A stretch of 64,000 nucleotides of DNA from the NCBI GenBank assembly GCA_965206695.1, contig CBDBKM010000002.1:96001-160000 (forward strand). Reading direction: 5' to 3'. This document shows positions 48,420 to 57,992 of the stretch, in pieces. The translations under genes and the position numbers were made by a program. The stretch comes from Chlamydiales bacterium. GTDB lineage: Bacteria; Chlamydiota; Chlamydiia; Chlamydiales; JAAZZY01. The notes under the pieces were generated by a model. That model was not told where the DNA came from. It saw nothing but the letters and a program-made list of their open reading frames with translations, and did no database searches. Every line of letters begins with the position of its first letter. The first letter of the stretch is position 1.

Positions 48420-49721
48420 ATGTCTTACACAATTCCTAAAGGTGTTTTTGATATACTCCCTGAAGACCCTGACTCTCAATTCTCATGGAGAAATTCGGAT
48501 CGCTGGGAATATGTTATTAATACCATTCATGTTTTGGCTAAGCTATACGGCTTCCATCAAATAAGCACCCCCATTTTCGAAAAAACTGAATTATTTAAAC
48601 GAGGTGTTGGTAGTGATACGGATATTGTAAATAAAGAAATGTATACATTTAATGATAAGGCTAAAAGATCTATGACATTAAGGCCCGAAGGAACAGCTCC
48701 TGTCGTGCGTTGTTTTACTGAAAAAAAGCTCCACTTACAAAAACATGTTCATAAACTCTATTACATTGGACCGATGTTCCGTTATGAAAGACAACAAGCC
48801 GGTAGGTATCGTCAACATCATCAGTTTGGGGCTGAAGTTATCGGAGAGAAAAATCCGGAACAAGACGTAGAATTAATTGATTTCCTCTACACACTCTATT
48901 CTCAACTTGGTCTAAAAAATCTTACTGTTTTTTTAAATTCTGTTGGGAATCAAACAACTCGGAAAAAATTTGGGTCTGCATTAAAAAATTATCTTAAACC
49001 ATACCTTGATCAACTATCATTAGACAGTCAAAATCGATTTAAGAAAAATCCTCTTAGAATTTTAGACTCTAAAGATCATGCTGATCAAAAAATAGTTGCC
49101 GGAGTTCCTTCAATTTTAGATTTTTTAGAAGATGGAGATAAAGACCATTTTAAAACTGTTTTATCTTGTCTTAAAAGTCTCAAAATCCCCTACTCCATTA
49201 GCGATAAGTTAGTAAGAGGATTAGATTATTATAATTGTACTGTTTTTGAAGTCGTTTCGAAAGAACCGGGGGCTCAAAATACTATTGGCGCCGGAGGACG
49301 ATACGATGGACTTCTCAATACTCTAAGAGGTCCGGATTTACCTGCTGTTGGTTTTGCAACAGGTATAGAACGAATTCTACAAACAATGGAAAATCAACGT
49401 GTAAAATTTCCCGATCCACATCACCCCCTTCTTTTCCTTATTCCATTAGGAAAAGAAGCAGTAAATACCTGTTTTCTTCTTTTAAAAGAGTTACGAAATA
49501 ACAATATCCATGCAGAAATGGATTTTTCACAAAAAAAATTAAAACATGTGATGCGCTATGCTGATAAAATACGAACGGATTTTGTCATTATCCTAGGGGA
49601 AAACGAAATGCAATCCGGTATATGCAAATTAAAAAATATGCAAACAGGGATATCTGAGGAAATTCATCTGAATGGCTTGCTTTCTAAACTCCAACAGTTT
49701 CCGAAAAAAAATAATATTTAG
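48420..49721 (+). CDS. hisS: Histidine--tRNA ligase
   Basis: LRPEGTA, FRYERQQAGRYRQHHQ, LVRGLDYY, GGRYD. Confidence 0.97.
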   Translation: MSYTIPKGVFDILPEDPDSQFSWRNSDRWEYVINTIHVLAKLYGFHQISTPIFEKTELFKRGVGSDTDIVNKEMYTFNDKAKRSMTLRPEGTAPVVRCFTEKKLHLQKHVHKLYYIGPMFRYERQQAGRYRQHHQFGAEVIGEKNPEQDVELIDFLYTLYSQLGLKNLTVFLNSVGNQTTRKKFGSALKNYLKPYLDQLSLDSQNRFKKNPLRILDSKDHADQKIVAGVPSILDFLEDGDKDHFKTVLSCLKSLKIPYSISDKLVRGLDYYNCTVFEVVSKEPGAQNTIGAGGRYDGLLNTLRGPDLPAVGFATGIERILQTMENQRVKFPDPHHPLLFLIPLGKEAVNTCFLLLKELRNNNIHAEMDFSQKKLKHVMRYADKIRTDFVIILGENEMQSGICKLKNMQTGISEEIHLNGLLSKLQQFPKKNNI

Positions 49722-49729
49722 GTCGACAC

Positions 49730-51499
49730 ATGCCAAACTATCTTAGAACACACAACTGTCAAGAACTTAGAGCTAAAAATATTGAGGAAACGATTACCCT
49801 ATCCGGTTGGGTTCATCGCCGTCGAGATCATGGAGGACTTATCTTTATTGATCTACGTGATTTATACGGTTTGACACAACTTGTATTTGATCCCAAAGTC
49901 AATACAGATACTCATGCTGATGCTGAAAAGTTACGTGCTGAATGGGTGATTTCTGTAAAGGGAAATGTGATCCCAAGAAAAGAAGGAATGCAAAACTCTA
50001 ATCTAGATACCGGAGAAATCGAAATAAACGTCCAATCCCTAGAGATATTATCTCCGGCTAAAACCCCTCCTTTTTCAGTATGCGATGATGCTCTCGATGT
50101 TCATGAAGAATTAAGACTAAAGTATCGATACTTAGATATTCGAAGGGGAGGAATAGCTCGAAATCTTATTTTGCGACATAAAGCCACAATGCTCATTCGA
50201 AATTTCTTAGATAAATCCGGTTTTTTTGAAATTACCACTCCTATTTTATGTAAGTCTACTCCGGAAGGAGCTAGAGACTATATCGTCCCCTCACGTATTC
50301 ATCCCGGCCATTTCTATGCATTGCCCCAATCTCCCCAATTGTTTAAACAAATTCTAATGATTTCGGGCATGGATAAATATTTTCAAATTGCCACTTGCTT
50401 TAGAGATGAAGATCTTAGAGCAGACCGACAACCTGAATTTACACAAATAGATGTTGAACTCAGTTTTTCAAATTCTGATATACTTTTCTCCTTAGTAGAA
50501 TCTCTTTTTAAAGATATGTTTAAAACCCTACTTGGCGTTGATATCAAGACCCCTTTCCGCCATTTAACCCATAAAGAATGTCTAGAGGTTTATGGCACAG
50601 ATAAGCCTGATTTGCGTTTTGCGATGCCACTCGCTCGTTTAGATGATATTGCAATAAAATCTACTTTTTCAGTTTTTCTTGATCAAATAAAAACCGGGGG
50701 TTGTATCAAAGGAATCTGCGTTAAAGGGGGGCAAGATGTATCAAGAAAAGGCATCAATGAATATACAAATTTTGTCGGACAATTTGGAATTACAGGTCTT
50801 GCATGGATGAAAATGCAGAACGGAACATTAACTTCTAGTATCGTGAAGTTCTTTAATGAAGAGACTCAAAAGCTACTTATTAATCGATTAAATATCGAAG
50901 ATAACGATCTTATTTTAATGGCCGCTGATCAGGAAGATCGAGTCAATCAAGCCATGGATCATTTACGTAGAAAAATTGCCAAAGCCCGTTCTCTTATTTC
51001 ACCGAACCATTACGAATTACTATGGGTAACTGACTTCCCTCTCTTTACTTGGGATAAAGAATCCAATAGATTACATTCAGAGCATCACCCGTTTACTTCG
51101 ATTCATCCGGAAGACTGTGAATTATTAGACTCTGATCCCTTAAAAGCCAGAGCATCAAGTTATGATTTAGTTCTTGATGGCTATGAAATAGCATCCGGGT
51201 CACAAAGGATTCATGATAATAAATTACAAAAAAAGATTTTTTCTTTGTTACAATTATCTGACCAAGAAATAGAAAGTAAATTTGGCTTTTTTGTTGACTC
51301 TCTTCAATACGGAACTCCTCCTCATCTTGGAATTGCTATCGGATTAGACCGACTTTTAATGATTTTTTCTAATACCGAAAACATTCGAGATGTTATCGCT
51401 TTTCCTAAGACTCAAAAAGCCGGTGATCTTATGATGGAAGCACCCTCATCTATTCAAGAACAACAACTTGCAGAACTGAAGATCTCTTTAGAGGAATAA
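49730..51499 (+). CDS. aspS: Aspartate--tRNA ligase
   Basis: RRDHGGLIFIDLRD, STPEGARD, FRDEDLRADRQPEFTQ, GTPPHLG. Confidence 0.97.
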   Translation: MPNYLRTHNCQELRAKNIEETITLSGWVHRRRDHGGLIFIDLRDLYGLTQLVFDPKVNTDTHADAEKLRAEWVISVKGNVIPRKEGMQNSNLDTGEIEINVQSLEILSPAKTPPFSVCDDALDVHEELRLKYRYLDIRRGGIARNLILRHKATMLIRNFLDKSGFFEITTPILCKSTPEGARDYIVPSRIHPGHFYALPQSPQLFKQILMISGMDKYFQIATCFRDEDLRADRQPEFTQIDVELSFSNSDILFSLVESLFKDMFKTLLGVDIKTPFRHLTHKECLEVYGTDKPDLRFAMPLARLDDIAIKSTFSVFLDQIKTGGCIKGICVKGGQDVSRKGINEYTNFVGQFGITGLAWMKMQNGTLTSSIVKFFNEETQKLLINRLNIEDNDLILMAADQEDRVNQAMDHLRRKIAKARSLISPNHYELLWVTDFPLFTWDKESNRLHSEHHPFTSIHPEDCELLDSDPLKARASSYDLVLDGYEIASGSQRIHDNKLQKKIFSLLQLSDQEIESKFGFFVDSLQYGTPPHLGIAIGLDRLLMIFSNTENIRDVIAFPKTQKAGDLMMEAPSSIQEQQLAELKISLEE

Positions 51500-51645
51500 A
51501 TTATTCCATTAGTTTTAAAATAATTTTTGCCTTAATTTAAAAAAAATAAGAAACAATTCATGTTTCAGCAAAACACTTTTGACTTAAAATGAAGCATCTT
51601 TTAACAATAATCACATATTGATCTCAATGTAGGAGAATTAAAAAA

Positions 51646-52401
51646 ATGTCGTATATACGTAATCTATTTTTATCTTTAGGAATTGGAACCTTCACTATCT
51701 CAACTTTCGCTTTTTCTGATGATGTTGCTTCAGAGAATGAAAAAGATACGCTTCCGGAAGTGACTGTAATTTCAGAAGCGTTTGGGCATCTCATTGCTCA
51801 TAATTTAGATAGTCCCGGTTTTCAATTTAATTTACAAGGCGTGATTAAAGGAATGCAAGATGCTTCAGAAGGCAAAGTATCTCCTTTAACAGAGATAGAA
51901 TATGAGCAAGCTATCACAGTAATACAAAAAACCTGTTTTGATGAGTTAGCTAATCAAAACCTTCATGATGCCAATGACTTTATGTCTAAAAATGCCAATA
52001 ACGAAGAAGTTATTGAATTGGTCCCCGGTAAACTACATATCTCTATCTTAGAAATGGGTAGTGGTTATGAAATTGCAGCAGATAGCACACCTCTTGTTCA
52101 TTATACCGGAAAGTATATGGATGAAACAGTGTTCAGCTCTTCAAAAGATATTGGAGAACCTATACCTTTGGAACTGGATCGTGCGATTCCGGGGTTTACT
52201 CAAGGTTTAGTTGGTGCTAAAGTTGGAGAGAAAAGGAGATTATATATTCATCCTGATCTAGCTTACGGTACTTCCGATTTGCTTCCACCAAATTCCTTAT
52301 TAATTTTTGATATAGAAATAATAAGTTCTGATATTAAATCTGATAATAATCAGAATTTAATCGATGCTTTGGTTGGTGAAGAACTATCTTCTGAACAATA
52401 A
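51646..52401 (+). CDS. mip: Mip, FKBP-type peptidyl-prolyl isomerase
   Basis: ISEAFGHLI, VHYTG, IPGFTQG, IHPDLAYG, LPPNSLLIFDIE. Confidence 0.92.
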   Translation: MSYIRNLFLSLGIGTFTISTFAFSDDVASENEKDTLPEVTVISEAFGHLIAHNLDSPGFQFNLQGVIKGMQDASEGKVSPLTEIEYEQAITVIQKTCFDELANQNLHDANDFMSKNANNEEVIELVPGKLHISILEMGSGYEIAADSTPLVHYTGKYMDETVFSSSKDIGEPIPLELDRAIPGFTQGLVGAKVGEKRRLYIHPDLAYGTSDLLPPNSLLIFDIEIISSDIKSDNNQNLIDALVGEELSSEQ

Positions 52402-52422
52402 TTTGTATCTATATTTCATTTA

Positions 52423-52878
52423 ATGAAGATTCTTTTATTTCAGCCCCGCATTCCACAGAATGCGGGCAATATTGTTCGTACTTGCGCCGTTACTGCGAGT
52501 GAACTGGTTATGGTACGTCCTCTTGGATTCAGTACATCTGATCGAATGCTCAAACGTGCGGGCCTTGATTATTGGGAAGGGGTAAATATTTCCATTATCG
52601 ATGATTTATTTTCCTATTTAGAAAAATATGATGGCTCATTCTATTTTTTTTCTACAAAAGGAGCAAAACCGTATTCCGAAATTCAGTATCAAACAAATGA
52701 TCTTTTAATATTTGGTTCTGAAATTATCGGCCTTCCGGAAGAAGTTCATAAAAAATGGCCTGAAAAAATTCTTACTATTCCGATGAAAACCAACTGTAGA
52801 TCTTTAAATGTATCCAATAGCGTCGCTATCGTCTTATATGAATCACTTCGACAGAATAACTTTAGTTCCTTGCAATAA
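52423..52878 (+). CDS. trmL: tRNA (cytidine(34)-2'-O)-methyltransferase, SpoU family
   Basis: PRIPQNAGNIVRTC, KRAGLDYW, RSLNVSNS. Confidence 0.93.
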   Translation: MKILLFQPRIPQNAGNIVRTCAVTASELVMVRPLGFSTSDRMLKRAGLDYWEGVNISIIDDLFSYLEKYDGSFYFFSTKGAKPYSEIQYQTNDLLIFGSEIIGLPEEVHKKWPEKILTIPMKTNCRSLNVSNSVAIVLYESLRQNNFSSLQ

Positions 52879-52889
52879 CTTCTTCAAGA

Positions 52890-53000
52890 GTGATAATTCC
52901 TACAACCCTAAAGGGAAGGGATTTCTCATTCAACGACCATTGCTTACAAACGTTAGTCTAACACAATCTCCAAAGGCTTAAATTACCGACTGCCCTTCAG
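52890..53000 (-). mobile_element. Orphan tnpB 3' end / omega-RNA-like right end (IS200/IS605)
   Basis: Minus strand CTGAAGGGCAGTCGGTAATTTAAGCCTTTGGAGATTGTGTTAGAC...GTCGTTGAATGAGAAATCCCTTCCCTTTAGGGTTGTAGGAATTATCAC follows the usual tnpB 3'-end layout. Confidence 0.6.
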
Positions 53001-53040
53001 TATACACTCTTCGCTACTGAAAGGGTACAAAAAGTATAAA
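53001..53040 (+). mobile_element. Truncated IS630 left end
   Basis: ACTCTTCGCTACTGAAAGGGTACAAAAAGTATAAA matches 24573 and 6549. Confidence 0.75.
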
Positions 53041-53540
53041 TCAGGAGTTTCGCGCGTAAGCGTTAACACATAGCCAAAATATTTTGCATATTTAAAGTAA
53101 TAGCGGGCTTTATTATTTTCTAATCTTGTTGATAAAAAGATATTTTATCTTGCATCCTTTGCTTAAATTTGTGTAACCAAGCATAAATAGACATAAAAAT
53201 ATGATTTCGTTGCGCTCGTGCGTTACGAGACTGCCGGCGCTCAAGGCCATAAGTTTGTTTCAATTTTCTATGATAAACTTCTATGTGCCAACGAATCTTT
53301 ATGATTGTTTCAACATCATGACGACCGGGTTCTTCAATATTAGTGACCACATAATCAATGTAACCATTTTTAACCGGAAACTTGAAAGCCGTAATAAAAC
53401 CATAACCGCGCAAGTGAATGCTTAGTCCTTCATACGGAATATCCAAATCTTCCAAACTTACATTTCGATTAACTTTTCTAGTGTTACGCAAACCGGTGAC
53501 AAAATATAACCCTATATCTCTGATAGACTTTGAATTTTTT
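53041..53540 (-). pseudogene. IS701-like transposase 3' remnant
   Basis: Homologous to 28363-28862; RWHIEVYHRKLKQTYGLE...RAQRNHIF. Confidence 0.85.
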
Positions 53541-53781
53541 AAAGTCTATTTTTAACCTTCCAAAAATCATGTGTATAATAAAGTGATGCCGCAACAGTTG
53601 CGGCATCACTCTTAAAACTCAAAGGAATCGCATCTATCACCTCTTCTGCATACTCCTCTGTAAACGTGCAAATCAAAGAATTGCCTACCCAATGTCTAAC
53701 ATTTGCCATTGGTGTTTTAGAATCATCTGAACTCTGTGATGTATAGCTCTGCATGTGATCTAAATTCTGATTTGCCTCAAA

Positions 53782-55549
53782 CCGACATTCCTAGACCGTA
53801 AGATATTTTTTTTGAATTAGAATTATAGATTGCCTATCCTGTTACTTTTTATTTGATACAAGGAGAAAAGTTATGCCGGAAGTTGCAGGAGATAATATTC
53901 AAACAGTGAACATGGATCACCATGGATTAATTGCAGCACTTTGCAGCGATCTAAAGGTAGCGGAAAGGATTGATACCGGATTAAAAAATCATCCACAAAG
54001 AAAAGTAAGTGCGGGACAGGCAGTAATTGCAATGATTCTGAATGGATTAGGGTTTACTAATAGACGTCTCTACCTAACACATCAATTTTTTGCTTCTAAA
54101 TCGATAGAGAATTTACTTGGCAACAATCTTCGAGCAGAAGATCTCACAGATTATACTTTAGGTCATGCTTTGGATGATATTGCGAAATATGGGAGCAGTA
54201 AATTATTTGCTGAAGTTTCTTTTGGAATAGCCCTAGACCATGATTTACTACAAAAAACGCATCATCTAGATACAACAAGCTTTTCCGTTCATGGGTCGTA
54301 TGAAGTGAAAGATGATCCGCAAGTGATTGAGATTAAGCAGGGTTATTCTAAAGATCATAGACCTGATTTGAAACAAGTTGTACTTTCTCTCGTTACCAAT
54401 GGTCCGAGTTCTATGCCTCTATGGATGGAAGCCTTAGACGGCAATAGTTCTGATAAAGCAAGTTTTCATGAGACGATCAAAAAAATCAGTGAATTTCAAC
54501 AACAGATTGATGTAAAAACAAAGTTTAAGTGGGTTGCCGATTCAGCGTTATACACAAAAGAAAAGCTCTTAAAAAATAATGATTATAAATGGCTCACCCG
54601 AGTTCCCGAGATAATAGGAGAAGCAAAAAGATTAGTAGAAAAACCGGAAGAAGAAATTGATTGGATTGATCAGGAGAAAGGATATAAAACATGCAGCTTC
54701 ACCTCTTTTTATGGAGGGATTAAACAAAGATGGCTTTTGGTTTTTTCAGAGCAAGCCTATCAGAGAGAGATAAAATCATTAGAAAAAAAATTGACCAAGG
54801 CAGAAGAAAAGCTCAAGAAACAACTTTGGCATTTGGGTAATGAGGAATTTAAATGCGAAAGTGATGCTAAAAAAGCTTGGGGCAGATTGACTAAAAAAAA
54901 TCATTTATATTCCATGAATAGTGAGATATTGCCGATTCTAAAATATGGTAAATTAGGCAAACCTAAACAAGGAGAGGAAAAACAAGTTGTTGGATACAAG
55001 ATTCATGCTAGCTTTGAAAGGGAAGAAGAAGAAATTAATAAACTGATGAATAGAAAAGGACGGTTTATTTTAGCTGCGAATGACACCGATAGAGAAAATT
55101 ATAAAGATGAGATGATGTTAGAAGAATATAAAGAACAGCAAAAGGTTGAAGGAGGGTTTCGCTTTTTAAAAGATCCTTGGTTTATGGTTGATTCTATTTT
55201 TTTAAAAACCCCTCGACGCATTGAAGCATTAATGATGGTTATGACATTGTGTTTAATGGTTTATAATATCGGACAATATCAACTTCGACAAAAATTGATA
55301 GAAACAGAAGAGACATTACCCAACCAATTAGGAAAGGAAGTCAAAAATCCAACATTAAGATGGATTTTCCAAATTATGGAAGGTATCGGAATAATCCGTT
55401 TTTTTCAGAAGACTTCCCGGAGAATTTGTAAAGAAATGATCACAAATTTAACCCGTCTTCGGAAAAAGATTATTGTTTTGTTTGGAAAGACTGCAATGAG
55501 GATGTATGGCTTAATTAGAAAAACTTGTTTAGAGGTCTAGGAATGTCGG
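53782..55549 (+). mobile_element. Intact IS1634-family element
   Basis: Perfect 16-bp TIR CCGACATTCCTAGACC; 6-bp target duplication CTCAAA (53776-53781 and 55550-55555). Confidence 0.95.
53873..55540 (+). CDS. IS1634 transposase
   Basis: DUF4277-like N-terminus, HLDTTSFSVHG, GYSKDHRPDLKQ, VADSALY, VEGGFRFLKDP. Confidence 0.95.
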   Translation: MPEVAGDNIQTVNMDHHGLIAALCSDLKVAERIDTGLKNHPQRKVSAGQAVIAMILNGLGFTNRRLYLTHQFFASKSIENLLGNNLRAEDLTDYTLGHALDDIAKYGSSKLFAEVSFGIALDHDLLQKTHHLDTTSFSVHGSYEVKDDPQVIEIKQGYSKDHRPDLKQVVLSLVTNGPSSMPLWMEALDGNSSDKASFHETIKKISEFQQQIDVKTKFKWVADSALYTKEKLLKNNDYKWLTRVPEIIGEAKRLVEKPEEEIDWIDQEKGYKTCSFTSFYGGIKQRWLLVFSEQAYQREIKSLEKKLTKAEEKLKKQLWHLGNEEFKCESDAKKAWGRLTKKNHLYSMNSEILPILKYGKLGKPKQGEEKQVVGYKIHASFEREEEEINKLMNRKGRFILAANDTDRENYKDEMMLEEYKEQQKVEGGFRFLKDPWFMVDSIFLKTPRRIEALMMVMTLCLMVYNIGQYQLRQKLIETEETLPNQLGKEVKNPTLRWIFQIMEGIGIIRFFQKTSRRICKEMITNLTRLRKKIIVLFGKTAMRMYGLIRKTCLEV

Positions 55550-55618
55550 CTCAAAAGGTGAAAAAAACTTGAAAAGGTTACTTAATTTATTAACTGAAAA
55601 GATCTATTTTCATTCTAT

Positions 55619-56593
55619 TTAAATAAGATTACGCATTTCCGCTTGCATTAATGCAAAGGCTAAGGAGCCATCTCTTAAAGGTATCTTTAGAATATTACCC
55701 TTATATTTAATTTCGACGAATCCCTTTTTAAATGCTTTTTTTAATTCGTCTTTAGTAAAAACTAACAGACCTAAAATTGCTTCGGAATATTCTTGATAAG
55801 AGTCTATCTGTTCAATGACATGTCCAAGGTAAACAGGCGTTACGGAGTTTAACGAACCCGTATCACGAGTCATAGTACCCAAAAAAATGGGTTGTCCCAT
55901 AATTAGACCTGCCTCTTCTCTTAATTCGCGTATTGCTGCTTTTTCCGGGGACTCTCCATAAACCCTACAGCCTCTTGGTAGTTCTACTTCCCAGGTTCGT
56001 GTAGCATGTCGATAATTTAACAGACAAATAATCTTTCCATCTTGGAGAATTGGTAATATGGCTACACCGGTAGGACCATCTAAAGAACTTTTCCAAATAA
56101 TTCGATTATATGTTCCATATACACCTGACGGGAAAATGACAGCATCTCGAATCCACATCCAAAATGAATCCGTTATAATAACACCAACTCGACTCCAATT
56201 TGAAGCATCTACATCAGACACCCCCCTTTTCAATAAGCACTGTCTCTGAAGTTCTTGTATTTCAACAATTTTTTTGGGTTCTAAAATGACCTCAATTTCA
56301 CCCTTCTTATGATTTCCGGACGATCCAAGGTATTCTTCAAATTGAAAAATAAAAGCAAGATAGTCTGCTATACGTAAATCTTCTTCATTTTGTTCATCAA
56401 ATTTAAGATTAGAAGGGTCCTCATCCTGCATCATCCCAATCTCACATTCATCAACATCAAGATGATGGATGATAGGATATCTAAGTTCATATTCGGCAAA
56501 ATTAAAAAAAGGAATCAAAGTAAAACATGCTAGAAATAAGAAAAACCACGAACGCTCCACTTCAATCCTTTTTTTATCTGTCAACCGGTTCAC
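55619..56593 (-). CDS. NUDIX hydrolase with N-terminal signal/TM and acidic extension
   Basis: Nudix box ELPRGCRVYGESPEKAAIRELREEAG; GVAILPI, YRHATRTW (ADP-ribose pyrophosphatase-like). Confidence 0.85.
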   Translation of the reverse strand: MNRLTDKKRIEVERSWFFLFLACFTLIPFFNFAEYELRYPIIHHLDVDECEIGMMQDEDPSNLKFDEQNEEDLRIADYLAFIFQFEEYLGSSGNHKKGEIEVILEPKKIVEIQELQRQCLLKRGVSDVDASNWSRVGVIITDSFWMWIRDAVIFPSGVYGTYNRIIWKSSLDGPTGVAILPILQDGKIICLLNYRHATRTWEVELPRGCRVYGESPEKAAIRELREEAGLIMGQPIFLGTMTRDTGSLNSVTPVYLGHVIEQIDSYQEYSEAILGLLVFTKDELKKAFKKGFVEIKYKGNILKIPLRDGSLAFALMQAEMRNLI

Positions 56594-56760
56594 TTGTATA
56601 CACCTTTAGTCATTCAAAATCATAACCTGTTTATAAAAGGCTAACAATTTCTTTAATAAAAGTCAACCGGATCTTTGTTTAGATGATGTTGCAAGGATAC
56701 GCAAATAATTCCATTTGCTTTCTAAAATATAAGGAGATAAACTTTGAATTTTTTAAAAAA

Positions 56761-57564
56761 TTAAAGAGAGATGATGCAAATACCCAGGCGATTAGCAGCC
56801 TCAACTGTATCATCATCTATTAAAATTGTTTTGCCGGCTTCTATAGCTAATACCGGAGCACCAATTTTAGCTAATTTTTCTATGGTATTAACACCAATAG
56901 TAGGTACATCAAAACGCATATCTTGATTGGGCTTAGCCACTTTAATTACAACACACCCATTACCGGCAACTTCTCCTGCCCGTTCCAAACACTGATCGGT
57001 TCCTTCCATAGCCTCGATTGCTACGATCGATTTATTCTTAATCACCACCGTCTGTCCAATATCTAAACGCCCTATTTCCTTAGCAATGATATAGCCAAAC
57101 TCCACATCTTCTTTTAGTTTACGATGAGGTTGAGTTTTAGTTAGTATCCCCTTGTCAGCAACTTGTTTTTTTAAATACTGAATTGAATCACCCAATGTTA
57201 TTCCTTTTTCTTCAAAAATATTCGCTATCGCATTAAGAAGAGCATCAGCTCGACCATCTTTTTTCTTAAACCAAGCCCTTAATGTCGTCCAATCCATATG
57301 CCAAAGAGAGACGGAAAACATTTTGCTATGTTGTACACGACCGGCCATGATAATTTCTTTTACACCATATTTCTTACAAATCCGTATCGCTTTACCCAGT
57401 TGCGTTACATATCCCCAGGTTATAATGTCAGCTTTCTCAATAATATCCGGTGAGGTCATCCCTTTTAACCCTATTACAAGTACTCGCTTACCTACATTTT
57501 TAATTCCTTCTAATGTTTTTAACGGCATCTGACCTTCGCCGGCAATAAGAGCTACTGGTTCCAA
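56761..57564 (-). CDS. lpxI: LpxI family UDP-2,3-diacylglucosamine diphosphatase (DUF1009)
   Basis: ALIAGEGQMP, LDIGQTVV, AIEAMEGTD, KPNQDMRFDVPTIG, AIEAGKT. Confidence 0.92.
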   Translation of the reverse strand: MEPVALIAGEGQMPLKTLEGIKNVGKRVLVIGLKGMTSPDIIEKADIITWGYVTQLGKAIRICKKYGVKEIIMAGRVQHSKMFSVSLWHMDWTTLRAWFKKKDGRADALLNAIANIFEEKGITLGDSIQYLKKQVADKGILTKTQPHRKLKEDVEFGYIIAKEIGRLDIGQTVVIKNKSIVAIEAMEGTDQCLERAGEVAGNGCVVIKVAKPNQDMRFDVPTIGVNTIEKLAKIGAPVLAIEAGKTILIDDDTVEAANRLGICIISL

Positions 57565-57576
57565 AATAACCTCAGC

Positions 57577-57903
57577 CTAACCCGTTACAGAAGAAATAAA
57601 TTCAAAGAGGGCATCTGAATCTTTTAACCCAACAATCCGATCCTTCTCTTGTCCGCTTTTATAAAGAATTAAAGTTGGAACTGATGTTACTTGATATTCT
57701 TCCGCTATTTGTTGAGCCTGATCTATATCTAATTGAGCGATCGTTACCTTCCCTTTTAACTTTTCGGCTAATTCATTTAAAATAGGCTCCAGCATTCTGC
57801 AAGGAGCACACCACTCTGCAAAAAAATCTACTAAGGTAACCCCACTAGAAATCACATCTTTAAAATTCTCACCTTCAACTTTTTTGATCAAGCTTTCAGC
57901 CAT
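57577..57903 (-). CDS. trxA: Thioredoxin
   Basis: VDFFAEWCAPCRML active site; SVPTL. Confidence 0.95.
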   Translation of the reverse strand: MAESLIKKVEGENFKDVISSGVTLVDFFAEWCAPCRMLEPILNELAEKLKGKVTIAQLDIDQAQQIAEEYQVTSVPTLILYKSGQEKDRIVGLKDSDALFEFISSVTG

Positions 57904-57992
57904 AAAAGATCTCCATATTTGTTAATATTTACCTAATTTAGCCTTAATTTTTACATATTTATTCTTTTTTTCCAAACGCTTAAGGTCTAAAT

